Positions 61,923-64,000 of a stretch of DNA of 64,000 nt are shown one piece after another. This DNA comes from Rhodosorus marinus CCMP1338 (taxonomy: Eukaryota > Plantae > Rhodophyta). The notes under the pieces were generated by a model that did no database searches, was not told the DNA's origin, and saw only the letters and a list, made by a program, of their open reading frames with translations. Position numbers and translations under genes: made by a program. The stretch covers positions 1,612,001 to 1,676,000 of the forward strand of contig JAMWBK010000006.1 of NCBI GenBank assembly GCA_029953675.1. The letters run 5' to 3'. How positions within the stretch are numbered: position 1 is the first letter of the stretch; every line of letters starts with the position of its first letter.

Positions 61923-63284
61923 TCAACTCTCTGAACGACTCCAAGACGTCTTGGACTCGTTAAATACCTTCTGATCCGATTGTAGATAGAAGAAGCCTAC
62001 GCCCACCATCCCATCCTCGAGAACCCGGAAATGTTTGGCGTCTCGGTTCCAATGGGCTAGCAATCTTATCAGGCCATCGGGCAGATGCTGGTATGTGTCC
62101 CGAGGAGGTTGGGTGCTCCTTTCCACGACAGTTAGTCCGGCAGAAGCTCGTTACCTGTAGGTTCGTAGTATGCTGAGCGTAGTCTTCCAAGCTGATACTT
62201 TCTGTTTCTGAAGGTACCATGTTCCGCAAAGTGTGAGATCGCCCTGTCTGGCCGAAGCTTTGCATCCTTCGCGTATGGTAGAAAGGATTGATGCCTCATT
62301 TCGAGCATCTCCTCATCTGTTGGCTGGCGCACAAGGACTAAAGAAAACGCACTTCTGTTCACCTCAATCCAGGGGAGCATTCCTGCCGTCGAAAAGTGCA
62401 TGTCGCTTGAGTTAGTACCGCAAATCTTAGATGCTCATGGAGCAAAAACCTTAGAAGATCAATGCCTACCAGTTACAGATGTCCTCAACAAAGATTCGTA
62501 TCCACCATTTTCCTCGTGCAGCTTCTTGGCTGCCGAGAGGCAGTGACGAACCGCGAGGTGCCAACCTTTCGGGTGCACCTATCATTTTCCGCGCGGAGAT
62601 TTTTTAGTTCACGTGTCCCTATTATCCCAACCGATCAGATCTTCGGGCTTTGACGTACTATTATTAGATCCCCAACCTCGCAAGGACAGCGAGGGCCAGG
62701 CACGCGCACGCCGTTCTTGAACACGTAGCCGTAGGAAACGAGTTGAGCAGCCTGACTGAAGTCGGCGCAAATGTGTGATCTAACAAGCAGAGTGTCTGTT
62801 CGCAGTTCAAGTGACCTCATCAAGTTGCTTGCTGGGTCTCCTGACATGCGATGAGCTCTTATCATATGACCCTTGAAATGCTTATCGCGCAGGTTCCCGT
62901 AGAAGTACTTCATTTTCTGCTTCTCTCGCAAGTTGATCCCGTAGCTAGCCTTAGGCGCAGTTTTGGTTTGCATCTGCCCAAAAATTTAAGGGTAAATTAG
63001 AACATGAGCTTCCAACGAAAGCAGATCACAATGTTTACGTTCCTCGGACTTACCATCCTTGGCACCGCCTCGTACTGAGTAAACCCTCGCCAAGATTCGT
63101 TGGTCGTCTTATTATCCCCGTCCAAGTAAGGAGAGTTAAAAGAATTCTGAATTTTCTGCTCATTCGGCAACCGAAATCGCACAGGCGCTCCCCTAGTTTG
63201 CTTCCATCTCTTCGGGATTCGGATCAACTCCGCAACCCCAGGCCTAAGGATCGGCGTCAATCTGTTCATCTTATCATATTTCAC
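61923..63284 (-). CDS. RPS4: Nucleus-encoded mitochondrial-type ribosomal protein uS4, multi-exon with extensions; 5' end probably further upstream
   Basis: KYDKMNRL N-terminal motif, then [23 protein letters not shown]...[19 protein letters not shown]...[14 protein letters not shown]...VGDLI (S4 domain, alphaproteobacterial-like) and LPWIEVNR...RQP. GT-AG introns are present. Both ends are approximate. Confidence 0.8.
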
Positions 63285-64000
63285 AAACCGTATGCAAAAA
63301 GAAATTTAAGAATTCTCCTCGAATTTCGTTCTCGATGAAAATCTTCAGCCCGTTAGCACCTGCCTGTCGCATAAGTCCGACGCAACTCTGCCCACATCTC
63401 CTCTCCAGTTCGCCCTCTTCACTGTTTCCGGGTCCTACGTTGGTCCGAAATAACTGCACCAAACACTAATGTCAAGCGAAGAACAGCCGGAGCTAAGTGT
63501 TCGTAGTCTGGATTAGCAGAGCGTTTAAGGATCTCCGCGTAGATGTCAGAATGTCTCGATTAGCTGAAACTCGTTTCTCAAGCAATGTTAGAATGCGATT
63601 TTTTGAAGACCTGTCGTTGTGAATCCAGGTGGTACACGACAAAGGCCAATTCAGGAGGAGAGTCTCGACCTTGAAATGAGTTTTTTTTTTCAAGCCCGCC
63701 AGATGAGAAGCTAGGACGCTGTAGAGAAGTTCGACAAGCGATTTGAAATACTCAAATTCCTGTTGAACAGTCCGTCCAAATTATTTGTCGCGAACCTCTG
63801 GAACTTCCCGGCCGTCCCTTGTCGAAGATGTTCGGCCAGCCTCCCTATAGGGCTCGAGAGGCTCGGAAGGCGGCGGGGGGCAAGAGACTTCGAGAATCTG
63901 GATCAGGTGCACCGATACGACTAGCGAAAGGGATAGGTTATCATAACGCGCCGTATTCACTTTATCAGATAAGCCGAGGCGGTCGGCTCTGAGGAGGAGC

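Overview
Gene-dense eukaryotic nuclear DNA with many short GT-AG introns. It is most likely from an intron-rich mesophilic red alga (inference): the plastid transit peptides have Phe near the start (MFGFV, MIGFI, MTIGFV), and there is a PsaR-like PSI subunit and a Hog-type Hint protein. About 25 genes can be supported by hand-splicing. These include RPL18, TAF12, DDX47/RRP3, a BRF2-like TFIIB factor, ITFG1/LINKIN, RtcB, TenA_E, a PsbQ-like lumen protein, PsaR-like, a dsRBD protein, a Ycf45-like ATPase, SYF1, Canopy-like, a plastid methyltransferase, a sulfotransferase, a PH-domain protein, a MYST acetyltransferase, eIF2B-gamma, PIP5K and a nucleus-encoded mitochondrial-type uS4. The most unusual locus is an intronless 834-aa secreted protein at 20539-23043. 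It joins a pectin-acetylesterase/Notum-like domain with a degenerate nucleophile elbow, a mucin-like repeat stalk and a C-terminal Hedgehog-type Hint (Hog) autoprocessing domain. Unexplained non-coding structure includes a 34-bp inverted repeat (43615-43731), a diverged structured 197-bp tandem duplication (41428-41803) and a GTAC/palindrome-rich intergenic module (50085-50500). No rRNA, tRNA, CRISPR array or intact transposon was found. All family calls come from motif recognition, not database searches, and exon boundaries are predictions.
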